A DNA stretch of 64,000 nt, taken from positions 124,001-188,000 of the forward strand of contig NW_026250419.1 of assembly GCF_024521635.1 (NCBI RefSeq). Direction: 5' to 3'. Each line of letters opens with the position of its first letter. Position 1 is the first letter of the stretch. Under the pieces are notes generated by a model. It ran no database searches, was not told the DNA's origin, and saw only the letters and a list, made by a program, of their open reading frames with translations. The translations under genes and the position numbers were made by a program. Positions 12,405 through 24,594 of this stretch are shown here, in pieces. This DNA comes from Tricharina praecox (taxonomy: Eukaryota).

Positions 12405-12873
12405 AGCGCAGGAAGGTAGATGCAGATGTGCGCTGTATGATATAAGTTGATTTTCATAACGCTTGTTCAAGCCTGCTTGCATGCAGGACAGTGAATTCAC
12501 TTGATTTTTTACGTACTTCAGACGAACTTCATCCAGTGATGTGCTTGGAATGGCATCGAGATGATCCCGTGACCAATAGTTCCTGCAGACTGCATAAAAC
12601 CAGAATCCAATCCGCAGAGCAGATGGCGATCTTAACCTCTCTCAATATGCCGCCAAGCACCCACACCAGATCCAAGGTCTAGAATGACATCTTCGTACAT
12701 TCCGGGGAAGTGGTTCCCGTTAGCTCTAATCGCCCCCACGAAGATCACCACGAGTCACGACGTCGTTGGCGCTACCACTAGGTATACTAACCTTTTAAAC
12801 CTTCGGCACGCTTTTTATTCCACTTCACCATTGAGTTGTTAACTGAGTTGTTACACAGATTGTTTTCTCCGTC

Positions 12874-14389
12874 ATGATGCGAATACACGCCCAATCCAGC
12901 CTGCGTTTCATCTCCCGGCACTGCAGCCGCACCCTCCCCGTCGCTCTTCCCCGGCACCTTTCCACCTCCACGACAGCAGCGCGGACGACGATCCCAATGT
13001 CGCTCCCACTCCCGCTCCTCCCACCCACACGCCGTGTGCCACAGCACCACCACCACCTCTCGTCGTTCCTGCGGCGCACATTCGCGACCAAGAAAGGACC
13101 GCCGCCGGAGTCCTTCACCTTCTACACGTCCGCCTCCTTCTCGCCAAAGGGAAAAAAGTACGATCCAGAGAAGGAAATCTTCAGCCACGTCAGCGGCTCC
13201 CCCGAGTCCACGCCGAACCCGGAGAAGCGCAGGAGTCGCGCCGGTCAGGACGCTTACTTTGTCACCGGACTGGAGCACGCGGAGGGCGATGGTAATGACG
13301 CGGTGGCGGTCGGTGTGGTATGCTTGCTTCCTCTGCTGTTGGTGTGGGATCCGTATGGTGGTGGCCCAGGCTGACGTTGGGTACATAGGCTGATGGTGAG
13401 CTCAATTGCTGGCTGAGAGGGTGGAGGGGGCGGGGCAGTTGCTGATGCGTGGAGTGTAGGCGTCGGCGGCTACGACAAGATCGGTATCGACTCAGCAATC
13501 TTCTCGCAGGCACTGGTTATCAGCATTGCGTCTGCAGCGCAGGCTGCGACGTCGGCGGCGGTGAACCCACGAGATCTGCTGGAGATCGGATACGCGCGCA
13601 CCCTGGAGGACGACAAGATCAAGGGTGGCGCGGCCACCGCGTGCCTGGGTGTTTTCAAGAAGGATGGGACGTTGAATGTTGCGAAGTAGGTTCCCGACGA
13701 AGCTGCGCGGAGAAGAGAGGAGGGGGGAGGGCTAATGTGTTGGATGGATGGATAGTCTGGGAGACTCGGGGTTCGTGATCCTTCGTCAGGGAAAGGTGCA
13801 CTATGCTTCGCAGCCACAAACCCATGTACGCCCCGCTCCCGCTCCCCTTCCCGTCTGTACATACGCCTACTTACACACACGCCTCCAGGACTTCAACTTC
13901 CCGCTCCAGCTCGTGTACATCCCCGCGCACTCGCCCGCGGAAGTTACGCCCAGCGACACCCCCGAGATGTCCACGACCTCGTCGCACCAGTTGCAGGAAG
14001 GTGACGTAGTCCTGTTCGCCACCGACGGAGTGTGGGACAACATCTCCGCACAGGAGATCTTGCGCGGCGTGTCGGCAAAGATGCTCGAAACCCACTGCTG
14101 GAAGATCCCGGTGGAGGGTGAAGGCATCAAGACCTCGGCGAAGCACCTGACCGCGGCGACGATGACGAAGGAGGATCATGTCCCGCTGCATACCGCCCTG
14201 GCTCGGACGGTGATCAGAATGGCGAAGTCCGCGAGCATGAACACCAAGCGTGACGGGCCATTTGCAAAGGAGGTGCAGAGGCTATTCCCCAATGAAAACT
14301 ACCATGGCGGAAAGGTGGATGATATCACCGTCATTGTCACGGTGGTGAAGAAGAACTATCCGACACCGAAGCTGGCAGCGAATCTCTAG
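12874..14389 (+). CDS. PTC7: PP2C-family phosphatase of Ptc7/Azr1 type with N-terminal mitochondrial presequence, 5 exons
   Basis: AGQDAYFV, GV|AD|GVGGY, GGAATAC, VAN|LGDSGFVILR, GDVVLFATDGVWDN and GGKVDDITVIV. The N-terminus is Arg/Ser-rich and poor in acidic residues. Confidence 0.88.
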
Positions 14390-14889
14390 GTAGATTTCTT
14401 CCGTGCTACATTTTGTACCTACTTCTTACTCTACTTGCATACCCGGCGGCGTTTGTTAAAGGGAAGGGGGGGTGCTTTGTTTGTCATGTACCCAGTAGTT
14501 AGATACAATTCAAGCTATTGTAATACAATACTCATGCACAACCGCGGCAGTGAATATCCCGTTGGCCGGCTACCTCGGGAGATCTCACTTCCGCCAACCA
14601 CCGCCCGGATGCACGATTGTCCCGAGCGGACCAATCTGGCGGGTCCTGTAGCTCCCGCTCGCTCCCGAATCGGAACGAACCGGCAATGTGTCTCGCTTCA
14701 TTACCGATGAATGGGAAGGTAAGGTAAGGTGAGGTGAGGTAGGGTAGAGCTTTAGCTCACATCACATCACATCTTCACGTGGAGCACGACAATCGTTTTG
14801 GGTTTGAACAATTCCATTTCAATGATTGCCCTTCACCCAGACCCTAGACAATTCCGTTCCAGACCAGCAAGAAAAGAGGAAGAAAACAT

Positions 14890-16251
14890 TTACAACTGGT
14901 TGGAAGTGTTGAAGTCCGACAGCCCCTGCTTGACACGGACGGCCATGGTCTTCTCACCCTCGCGAACCCACACTCGCGGGTCGAAGTACTTCTTGTTGGG
15001 CTTGTCGTCGCCGTCAGGGTTACCGACCTGCTTCAACACATACTCCTTCTTGTTGAGCATGTAGTCGCGGATACCCTCGAGGTATGCGAACCTTTTGTGG
15101 AAGAATTCAGTTAGCGGGGTGGGGGTGAAGGGTGAAGAAGGGGAATGCTTACTGGAGATCAGTGTCCAAGTTAACCTTGACAACACCGTGACCGATGGCA
15201 ATGTTGAACTCCTCCTTGGTGGATCCGGAACCACCGTGGAAGACGAGGAACAGGGGCTTGTCCTCAGAGCCGTTGATCTTCTCCTTGGTGTAGGCCTGGT
15301 GCTTTCCGAGGAGCTCGGGGTGGAGGTGCACGTTTCCGGGCTTGTAGACTCCGTGGACGTTTCCGAACCCGGCGGCAATGGAGAAGTAGGGGGAGACGGA
15401 GACGAGAGCATCGTACACTTCGTAGATGTCCTCGGGCTGGGTGTACAGAGCAGAGTTGTCGACACCAGTGTTGTCGACACCATCCTCCTCACCTCCGGTG
15501 ATTCCGATTTCCTTCACCCCATTAGCCCCACTTCACCCCTCCGCACGTACAGAACACTCACCATCTCCAACCACTGCTTCATGGGTGCTGCGCGCTCCAG
15601 GTACTTCTTGGTAATGGCGATGTTCTCCTCCTTCTCCTCCTCGGAGAGATCGATCATGTGGGAAGAGAAGAGAGGCTCTCCGTGCTGCTTGAAGTACTTC
15701 TCGTCCTCATCGAGCATACCATCGAGCCAGGGAAGGAGCTTCTTGGCGCAGTGGTCGGTGTGCAGGACCACGGGGATGCCGTAGGCGGGGGCAATGCTGC
15801 GGATGTAGTTGGCAGCGGCGATGGCACCGTTAATGGAGGCGAATTGGTCGGTGTTGGAGACGCCCTATGTAGAATATTAGCGACTAGGGAAGTGAGGTAG
15901 AGGAGAGAATAGAGTTACCTTTCCGGCGAAGTAGGCGGCACCACCCTGGGAAACCTGCAGGATGATGGGGGCCTTGGAGTCGCGGGCAGCCTCGAGCGCA
16001 GCAACGACGGTCGAGGAGGATGTAACGTTCTATTCCCATCAGCGCCGGCCACAAAACCGTGAGAGAGAAGAACAAACGTACGATAGCGGGGATGGCGAAC
16101 TTGTGCTCGCGGGCGTATTTGAACAGCTACCAGGCCACTCCGTCAGTCTTCATGGACCGGGTGATTGGGGGATGTTGTGTAGATCTACGTTCAGAACATC
16201 GTCTCCAACGATGACACCCTTCTTCCGCGACAAGACATCAGTGGCACCCAT
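14890..16251 (-). CDS. FBA1: Class II fructose-1,6-bisphosphate aldolase, 6 coding exons
   Basis: FAIPAI|NVTSSST, VVLHTDHCAKKLLPWLDG, EIGITGGEEDGVDN, FGNVHGVYKPGNV, LVFHGGSGS, KVNLDTDLQ and KKYFDPRVWVREGE. Confidence 0.97.
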
Positions 16252-16272
16252 TTTGATTGTTTGGTGATTTGT

Positions 16273-16466
16273 CTGGAAATCGCAATCGCAATGTCAGCCC
16301 TGTGTCTCCTCGCAGCCCAGCATCTTCGATGAGTGAGAAGACATGCATGCCTGCCCCGCAGCGGGGTCAAGTCAAGTCAAGCATCCACAATCCATCTCAT
16401 CCGCCCATGCACCAGCACCAACGCAACATTCCCAGATCTCACAGAGTGAAAGCAATCATAACTTAC
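16273..16466 (-). other. Probable 5'-UTR intron of FBA1
   Basis: On the minus strand: donor GTAAGT at 16466, branch GCTGAC near 16298-16293 and acceptor CCAG ending at 16273, 21 nt upstream of the ATG. Confidence 0.65.
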
Positions 16467-17839
16467 AAGAGGTAGATTTGTTTGTTTGGTGAAGGTATGG
16501 AAGTTTGATCGGATCAAGAGGAGAAGAGAAGGAAGAAGAAGGAGAGAGTAGGGTTTTTGAGCGAAATATGAACCCGGTGCGCACTTGGATGACGAAAGCG
16601 GAGTGAGCGAGCGAAGGGGGGTGGGAGGGCGGACCTTAGCACTTCTCTCTAGGTGGGGCTGCCTGTCCTTCTTCGCCGGCCTTGCGAATTTCGGCGTGAC
16701 GAAACGATTGTCTTGTCGACCCGAAGCGCGCCGACCTAGCACCTCGGAAGAAAAAAGGGATTCCCTCCCACCCACACACCACTTCGGCGAGGAACCTTGT
16801 GTGTGCGATAGAGGTTTCTCGGAATAAAGCCCGACCCCGCACGCGGTGTGGCGGTAAGATGTCAACCGAACAAGCATACCTGTGTCTTGCGCCGGGGAAA
16901 CCTACTCTGCAAGAGAAACTGGTTGTCCAATTAGCACCAGTGTGAATGCTTGCTTTTACATATCGGGATTTATACCTACCACGTCCTTCGCCAGTCAAGC
17001 TGCACCGTGGAAGATCGTTCGCAGCCATGCCAGGGCGAATCTGTATGTACCGTAGAGTGCCCGGCCCTGATATGTAGTAGTGCCATCTCATATCAACCCC
17101 CACGTCTATATAGCCAACCCAGCGAGCCTGCCTTGCCTAGATTGCCGCGTACATAAACACACAGACATCTTCGGCGATGTTCGTGTCCCTGTCCGCCTGT
17201 CTCATCTATTCGTGTAGGTGGGGGATGTCGCTATGGGACATCTCGGCCCGGATGCAATCAATAATTAATGCGTTTGTGGAATTTTCTTCTTCGGGCGTCT
17301 GAGAGAGTTGGCGAAAAATCTTGCTGGAATTCTCGTACGTACTCTAAACGGTCCTGATTATACCTCTCTACACAGACATCGACATCCCTTTACATCATCG
17401 CCACGACGGCACACTAACCACACCACCATCATAACCACGGCCACAAACCCCCCCTCTTCCCCCTCTCCTCTACACCTTAGGAGCATACAGATCGAGAGAG
17501 GAAAAGAGGACTGGCAATGGAAAAGACGAGCCAAAAGAAAAGAAACAGAAAGCGGAGAAAAGGGAAAGAGATTAAGAGGGAAAGAGCATAAACATGAAGA
17601 TCGAAACAACAAAAACGAAGCAGCACGTATCACAGTGCACAGTGCAGGCTAGATCACACATGCCACTTAAACCCAAAAACAAACTGCTATCGTACCCAAA
17701 AACCCATCTGTTGGAAATCTGCAGCGGTAAATAAAACACCAGAGATGAGGCTACGAGGATATCGGCGAAATATTGTCGATTAATTAGAGCTGTAGTGCGA
17801 ACGAAAGAATAAAACCAGAACCAGGGAAAATGCTGAGAA

Positions 17840-20800
17840 CTAGAAACCGAAGGGATTCTCGGGCGCTACACTGGTGTCAGTCAACACGAACGCCAATTCT
17901 AGAACATTCCCATCCACCTAGTCAGGGTTCGGGGGAAACACGTACTAGCTTTCGTTAGGTTAGCCCTTCCGGTGGGCTGCGGCGTCATTTTCTTCGGCTG
18001 CACTCCAAACCTAACTGGCGGCGGCGGTCCAGTGGGCTGAGGACGTAATGAGGCGGCAGTCTGCTGGGGTATCAACGGCGGGGGCAAAATCCTGTTGACG
18101 CCGAGAGCGCCGTTCGACCCTACGCCGCCGTACATCGAGAATGGCGGCAGGGGTTGCTGCCCAGTCATCTGCTGCATTGGCATTCCGGTCATCTGCTGCT
18201 GCTGCTGCATCGGCATGCCCGTCATCTGCTGCATCTGTGGCTGCGGGATAGGTTGCATCGGCATTCCAGTCATTTGTACCTGCATCGGCATCGGCGTCTG
18301 TTGCTGCATTGGGAACCCCATCTGGCTGTACTGCTGCGGCATCATTCCGGTGTTTTGAAATGACATCTGTGGCATTCCTCCTGGCTGACCTTGGGGATTC
18401 ATATACGAGAACTGGTTTGGTGCACCAGTGAACGTTGGGGTCAGTGCCTGCGCAGGAGCCGTCATGAATGATTGTGGTGCAGAAAGGGGTCTCGCTGGGG
18501 GCGGCGCGATTCCTAAATTGTTCCCAGACATGGTAGGTGCAGCCGGCCGAGCCCGTCCAGCTTGGAAATTGGAAAGTTGGTTGGCGTTTTGCTGTCCGGT
18601 AAACATGGGTGGCATCATATTCGAAACCGGCACCGGTGCATTGATCCCGGGTTGCTGGTAAGTTTGGGGAGGAGTAATGACGGTTGGTTGGAGTGGTGGG
18701 GTGTCAAGCGACAATGATGCCAATTCGCCCAAAGCACCGGTCAGCGCAGGAGGCTGTGCCGTCGGGGCCGGTTGCTGTGTTTGCTGAGGGGGGGACGGGG
18801 ACGCAGCAGGAGCAGCAGTCGGTGCCTTGGTCGGTTTCACGGACCAAGCTTCGTCCTCGAACCCGGATTCTGATGTCGCTCCTGGAGGCGAGTTTGATGC
18901 CGCACCTTGCGTTTGTGCTTGGGCCTGCATCTTTTCCTTCTGGGTTTGCAGAGCCTTGGGATCCACAGCTCCAGTTTGAACAGCTGGCGGTGGCCTCGTT
19001 CGCGATGTCTTCAGGTTGCCGTTGCCATCCGCAAACAGACCACCGGCCCCAGTTCCATCACCGTTACCACCATCCTTCTTTCGACCATATCTCTCATCTA
19101 GCTTCTTCCTGATCCTCAAGATATCGCCTTCCTTCACACCCAAGCTTCGCATGACGTCGGAGGTGAGATCCTCCAACGATGACCCATCCAGCTCGTCCTT
19201 GATGAAGCTCAATGCGTAGCGCTGGCAATTGTTGACATCCACGCCGCATCCCAGGAAGAAGTCGAACCAATCATAATCAATTTGGTTGTTGGACTTGACT
19301 GTAGCAATTGGGTTGGGCCGGACGGCAATACCGGCTTGCTCGTTCTGCGCGTTGTTCCGTCTTTGCTCCTTCATGATCTCCGATAGCGGCTTGTCCTCGT
19401 CGAGAGACATCCCGGTTCTGTCTTCGACGTACCTGAGGTCGGTCATAGACATCTTTGACACCGGAACGGCGATCTTGACACCATTGACCTTGTGCAAATG
19501 AATCTTGCCATCTCTGCAGCCGAGGAACTGGGCGTCGACCTTGAAAGAGCCGGTGCGATCCGTCCAAGTGCGAATTTGGGAGGTATCGGGCTCTGTAGTA
19601 TTTTTTGTCAGTAAAGCATCGCTATTGGGCCTTTCTTTGAGATAACGCAAGCGTGAAGGAGGCTGATGAGGCATACTCGATTTCCCCGGCGCCGCAGACT
19701 TTCGACTCTGTGAAGGCGCCGCTAAGCTGCTCCTCCTCACCGGAACCCCGGAAACCTTAACTTCACCGGCGCCGCTGCTGCTGCCCTGTGGGATGTGAGG
19801 CGATTTGCGTGAGTCGGACCGAACACCGGGTGATTCCTTAATTCCGGAGGTTTGCGATATGTTCTTCCTGCCCCTTTCGACGTAGCTGCTGGGAAGGACA
19901 CCTTCTTCCCCATTGACTTGGCGCTTAACCAGCCACCACTCGTCGTTGGTGTCATCCAGGATTACAACCTCGTCTCCCGCTGTCACCGACACTTCGTCCT
20001 CGCCCTGCGCTGGGAAATCGTAGAGCACAGTTCCGATGTCCTGCGCCTTGGCTCCGTTGACAGCCGCGATAACTTCGTCCAATCCTGCCGCTTTACGGAT
20101 CCCCCGTAGCTCTCCGAGTGCAGATATTATCTCTTCGGCGACTTGGGTGGATCCGGCATGGAGGTCCAGCGATCTTGAGGGATGCTTGAGGTCGAGGAAA
20201 ACGTGTTTCCCTTCGTAGTTGTATCCGGTCATGTTGTCGATAGTCCACTCTTCCCTAGGACGGGAGCTCTTGTCGGGCAGCAGAATGATGCGATTCGGAC
20301 CCAAGCCTAAAGTCGCAGCACGCTTCTTCTTTGAATCCACCTCCATGACAGGGTAGGTCCGAAATCCGGGTGGGATAGGGTGTGATGAGTTGTCTTGGTC
20401 ACCACCATGGCGGTACGGAGCCTGACCAGGCCTCCTGAGCGGCAAGCCGGGGCCATCGGAATCGTCCGATTCTACAAACTGGGGCGATTTCGGCGATTTG
20501 CCGCCGCGATTCGCGGTAGGTCGTGCGGCCGGCCGGCCCTCGTCCCGGCTGTAGCTGGGCTCTGAGCGGTGTTCTCGTTCGCGTTCGCGCTGTTGCTGGC
20601 GGGGAGGGGAGGCGGCCCTAGGCGGTTCTTGACGTGGGGACCGAGCAGGCTCGCGGTCCGGGAGAGCTGGCGAAGGGGGTTCGTCGCGAGGAGGCGGTGC
20701 ATGTCGCTGTACAGGTGACGGACTTTCTGGAATATTTTCCTCTCGCTCTCGCGTGAAGGCAACATGTTTCTTGGAAGTAGCCGCCGCTGCTGCAGCAGCA

Positions 20801-21325
20801 GCTGCCGTAGCGGTCGCAGCTGCGGCAGCGCCATCATCTGCAGGGCTGGAAGCTTCGTCTCCTTTCTCGACATAATTCGCGGGCACGTATCCGTACTGGC
20901 CTTTGAGACCACCGAGCACCCAGTCCGGATCGGACGTGTCGTACACATCCAGGACGTCGTCCTCATTGAAAGCCAGCTCCTCTTCGGTCTGTGGAGTGTA
21001 GTCGTACAGTGCTTTGCATTTCGCGATAGGTTCGAACTAGATAGCTCGGAAGTACCGCGTTCCACGTTAGAAACCATCTTTACCGCCAACGCGCTCCGGA
21101 CATTGTACGGCTGTTGCCTACCTCCTCGATGTAGTTGTTCGGAACGAGCCCAACCGGCTCCTCGTCATCCACTACATTGCCCTTCTTCTTTGCCTTCCAC
21201 CAGTCATCGTCTGCAGGCTTCTCGAGAACACATATGATGTCTCCTTCGTCGAAGGAGATCTCCTTGTTGTTCTGGGCGGTGTAGCCGTAGACTGCCTTGT
21301 AAACACCCAAGAAAAGGGATGGCAT
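17840..21325 (-). CDS. SLA1: Endocytic adaptor Sla1 (3 SH3, SHD1, SHD2/SAM, QxTG repeats), 4 exons
   Basis: FLGVYKAVYGYTAQ...DDDWWKAKKK (SH3), RTWTDRTGSFKVDAQFLG...IHLHKVNGVKIAVPV (SHD1), YDWFDFFLGCGVD (SHD2), QMTG/QPTG repeats and C-terminal TPENPFGF*. Confidence 0.95.
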
Positions 21326-23223
21326 CGTTCACTTCCGGGGGAGAGCGAGAGGGGGGTAGGAGGTTGCGGAGCCAAGCGAAGAAGCTGAGGACCGCGATGT
21401 TGATGAGGTACTAGTAATAGATGTATAGTTCGAACGATGGGTGGGGTGGGACCCAAGCCGACGGTCGTCTTTCTTGTTGTATGGCGAATCGAAGGGGGGT
21501 GGGGAAGGAACGGAGACCGAGAAGGACGGAAGGCGGACTTGACTTGACTTGACGGGGATGCCTTGATGGCTAGCGCCGTGCAGCAAGCAGCTGTTAGGGG
21601 GCTAGCTTGATTGGGCCAACCGTGGCACCGGGCCACGAGATGTTTGTGAGAGGACCGAGGAAGAGCTTCAACTTCAATTCGGCCTCCGTTGTTCATTCCC
21701 TTTCTACAGAAAGACACTGAACCGCACTCATATTCTCGCCTCTGGTAATTGGACATCTTGCTCCGCCCTGCTCTACTGACAACCGGTTGCCCAGGTCGAC
21801 GAGACATGCTCGGGGTCTATTCCGCAACTCCGATGTACCCTCAGCCACTTACTGCGTCATCACCGCAGGTGCGAGATCCTGTATATACATATGTGCGTAT
21901 AGCCTCCTCCAAAATGACCACCAGTGACTGACCTGTGCAAGCAACATAGACCTCCACTCCCGTTGCCGTTGCCGTCTCGGAAAATAAACAGATCGGAGCT
22001 CCATGCACGGATCTTTTCTTGGGTCAGCCGGATCTGTTCCTCGAGTCTAGCTAGGTAGTGCTCGGCAGCCTCCTCTCCGCTCCAGCGGTGTGGATAATCC
22101 AACTGCTGACAGTTCAGCTTTGGTTTAGGATTACGAGAGAGCTCCGCATTGACCTGTCGAGGTGAAGTGGGCTTTGACTGTGCACTCCCCCCTATGACAG
22201 TGATGCCGCGGACAGGTATTCTCCTTACCACGACCTCAATGGGTGCTTGCATCTTCAAGACTCCATTCTCACCGGCCGAGATGCGCTATCATCCGCGGTG
22301 AATGCCCAATAGTACCCCCGTCCGATTGCAGAACAGTAATATGGCGGAAGGGAAGGCCGCTCGAGACATCGGTGTCTCGCGCCACATTATGGCCGTTGTT
22401 GTTTAGAGTATCGAGAGTCGAGAGCCGAGAGTCGGTCAAAACGTGGCCAGTCGGCGAAACTTCCATGGCTAAATAGACATCTCCAGCAGTACGGGAATGA
22501 CACTTTCAATCGTCCAGTCATAAATTAATGACCACCACTACCGCCACCTTCCTTCTCGCGAGTGACACTCTAACTGCACATGAGCCGGGCCCGGCTATTC
22601 GCAACCACCATCGTCCAGACTCCAACCGGCTTGATTCGATTATCCACCAACGGCCAGGAAGTTGGGCCTCTTCTCCACCTTGTTTTGTTGCACATGACAG
22701 AAAGAGGCGTCGTTGCCAACCAGTTGCACGCTGGCTGGTCATGGCCAAACCAGCAAAAAGCAAAAAGCAACACTGCCCACCACACGCCCCCTCTGCGATG
22801 CCCTTCCCCACAGTCCTCCTGTTCTTGAAGCTCACGGGCAGCCATTACCGTCACTGCTAGAGCAAATCATAGGCTAGATCCAGTGCAGGCAGGGTGTGGA
22901 ATATAAAGTAGTGCATGTCCCGGGACATAATACCTAACCTCCCTCCATTCGTCCGTTCCGCTTCCCCGCGGTGTCTTTCTCCACACTCTGTTCAAGAGCC
23001 TATATAAACAGAAGGGCCTGGCCTGGCCATCGAGATAGAAATACTCGTCTAGCAACTAAAGTGTGGGGGCCCCAGGATTCGATCGAACTCGATTTCACTC
23101 ACACCCGGCACATAGACTCGCCCACCATCAACGCTACGCACGTGCAAGCATCAAATTCACGATACAACCCCACCACCACTCACCCCTCACCACCAAACAA
23201 AGGACACCACGAACAACACCAAA

Positions 23224-24240
23224 ATGTCCGACTCAATCCACCCGCCGCTCCCCTCCACCCTCCTCCCGCCGCTGCTGGCACACATCCCCAGCACCCTCAC
23301 CTCACCCACGCCACCGGAGAGCCTATATCCGCTCCTCACGCACCTTCTCCGCAGCCGAGTCAAGCTCCTCAGCAGCCCCAACAACTGGGCCTCGCTGCTG
23401 ACCTGGAACGCCACGCACGGGGCGGCGCTCGTCTCCCACCTATCGACCCTCGACCTGACCCCCCACCCATCCAGCGGCGAGCTGGAGCTCGGCCACGCCC
23501 AGCTCAACGGCATAAAGCGGCTGGACGAGGAAACCCTCAACGCATCGCTGGAACTCGCCGACTGGGGGCTGACAGTGATCTACACATGGTCACCCAACGA
23601 CCCCGAGGGCGAAGACGATGCGTGGCGGGTGCTAGACGTGCACGCCTCCTCGTGTGCAGAGGACACAGCCTTATGGCACGCCACCGTTGCAGCGGCCGAG
23701 GAGGCATTTTCCGCCTCGCGCTCCACCGGCGGCCGGAAGCTCTCTGACGCCACGCCGCTGCTGCCTCAAGAGGCGGCGGCGCAGGGCGAGGAGGAGGAGG
23801 ACGACGACGACTACTGGGCGATGTACGACCGGTCCTCTGCCGCCACGCCGGCGGCCAAGGAGCTGCCCAACCCGCCGAGCGAGGAGGCGTATTTCAGCCA
23901 GTACGACGAGGTCGTCCCCGCGCTGGACTCGAGCATCTACAGCGGCTCGGCGGACAGCGAGGTGCACACGATGGCGACGTCGCCTACGTCCTCGCCTCCG
24001 CACGCACCAAGGCCACTGTCGGCGGGGTCGGCGGGGTCGGATGGGAAGCTCGCCGCGAGACTCGAGGAGCAGGCGCAGAACACGGGAATCCAGGTCGAGA
24101 TCGCGGTAAAACAACATATCTCGACGAGTTTGAAGAGCATGTACCGCCTGGCAAAGCAGGCGGGCATCGGCCGCGAGGAGTTTGCGGGAATTATTAATAC
24201 CGAGGTGTCGATGCTTAGTATGATGGATGATGACGAGTGA
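23224..24240 (+). CDS. Conserved-looking fungal hypothetical protein, single exon, 338 aa
   Basis: Long ORF with strong third-position GC bias, AAAATG start context and an upstream TATATAAA at about 23001. Contains DDDDYWAMYD, EEAYFSQYDEV and KQHISTSLKSMYRLA blocks. I do not recognise a function. Confidence 0.8.
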   Translation: MSDSIHPPLPSTLLPPLLAHIPSTLTSPTPPESLYPLLTHLLRSRVKLLSSPNNWASLLTWNATHGAALVSHLSTLDLTPHPSSGELELGHAQLNGIKRLDEETLNASLELADWGLTVIYTWSPNDPEGEDDAWRVLDVHASSCAEDTALWHATVAAAEEAFSASRSTGGRKLSDATPLLPQEAAAQGEEEEDDDDYWAMYDRSSAATPAAKELPNPPSEEAYFSQYDEVVPALDSSIYSGSADSEVHTMATSPTSSPPHAPRPLSAGSAGSDGKLAARLEEQAQNTGIQVEIAVKQHISTSLKSMYRLAKQAGIGREEFAGIINTEVSMLSMMDDDE

Positions 24241-24594
24241 TGCCATGTAGTCTGTCTGTTGGTTGTATTTTTATATGTGCGCCTGCCTGCGTCTGCTTGC
24301 GTTGGAGTTCTTCATTCACCTGCCTGTTGATTGTCTTTTGGGTTTCATTTGCATTCGGGGGAGTTATCAACATGCTTTTGTATTTCATTCTCTGGATTGG
24401 GCTTGTTCTGATGTTCAGCTTCTTGTTTTCTTGCATGCTTGTTAGTCATGGGACCGTTCACTTTTCTACTGTAGCATATCCAATCAGAGTAACCGTGATA
24501 AAGTACTATCATTTATTGAACATGACACCCTAGCACACAACCACAAACTCTCCATCGTATACTGCAAATCAATTGGTGCAGAGTCACAGCGCGC

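Noticed and set aside
15093..15515. AAG 3' splice sites (FBA1 twice; also EMC3, dynein intermediate chain, OMA1, RING-vWA, RMD1)
   Set aside because: AAG acceptors are a known minority class in fungi and not remarkable without genome-wide counts.
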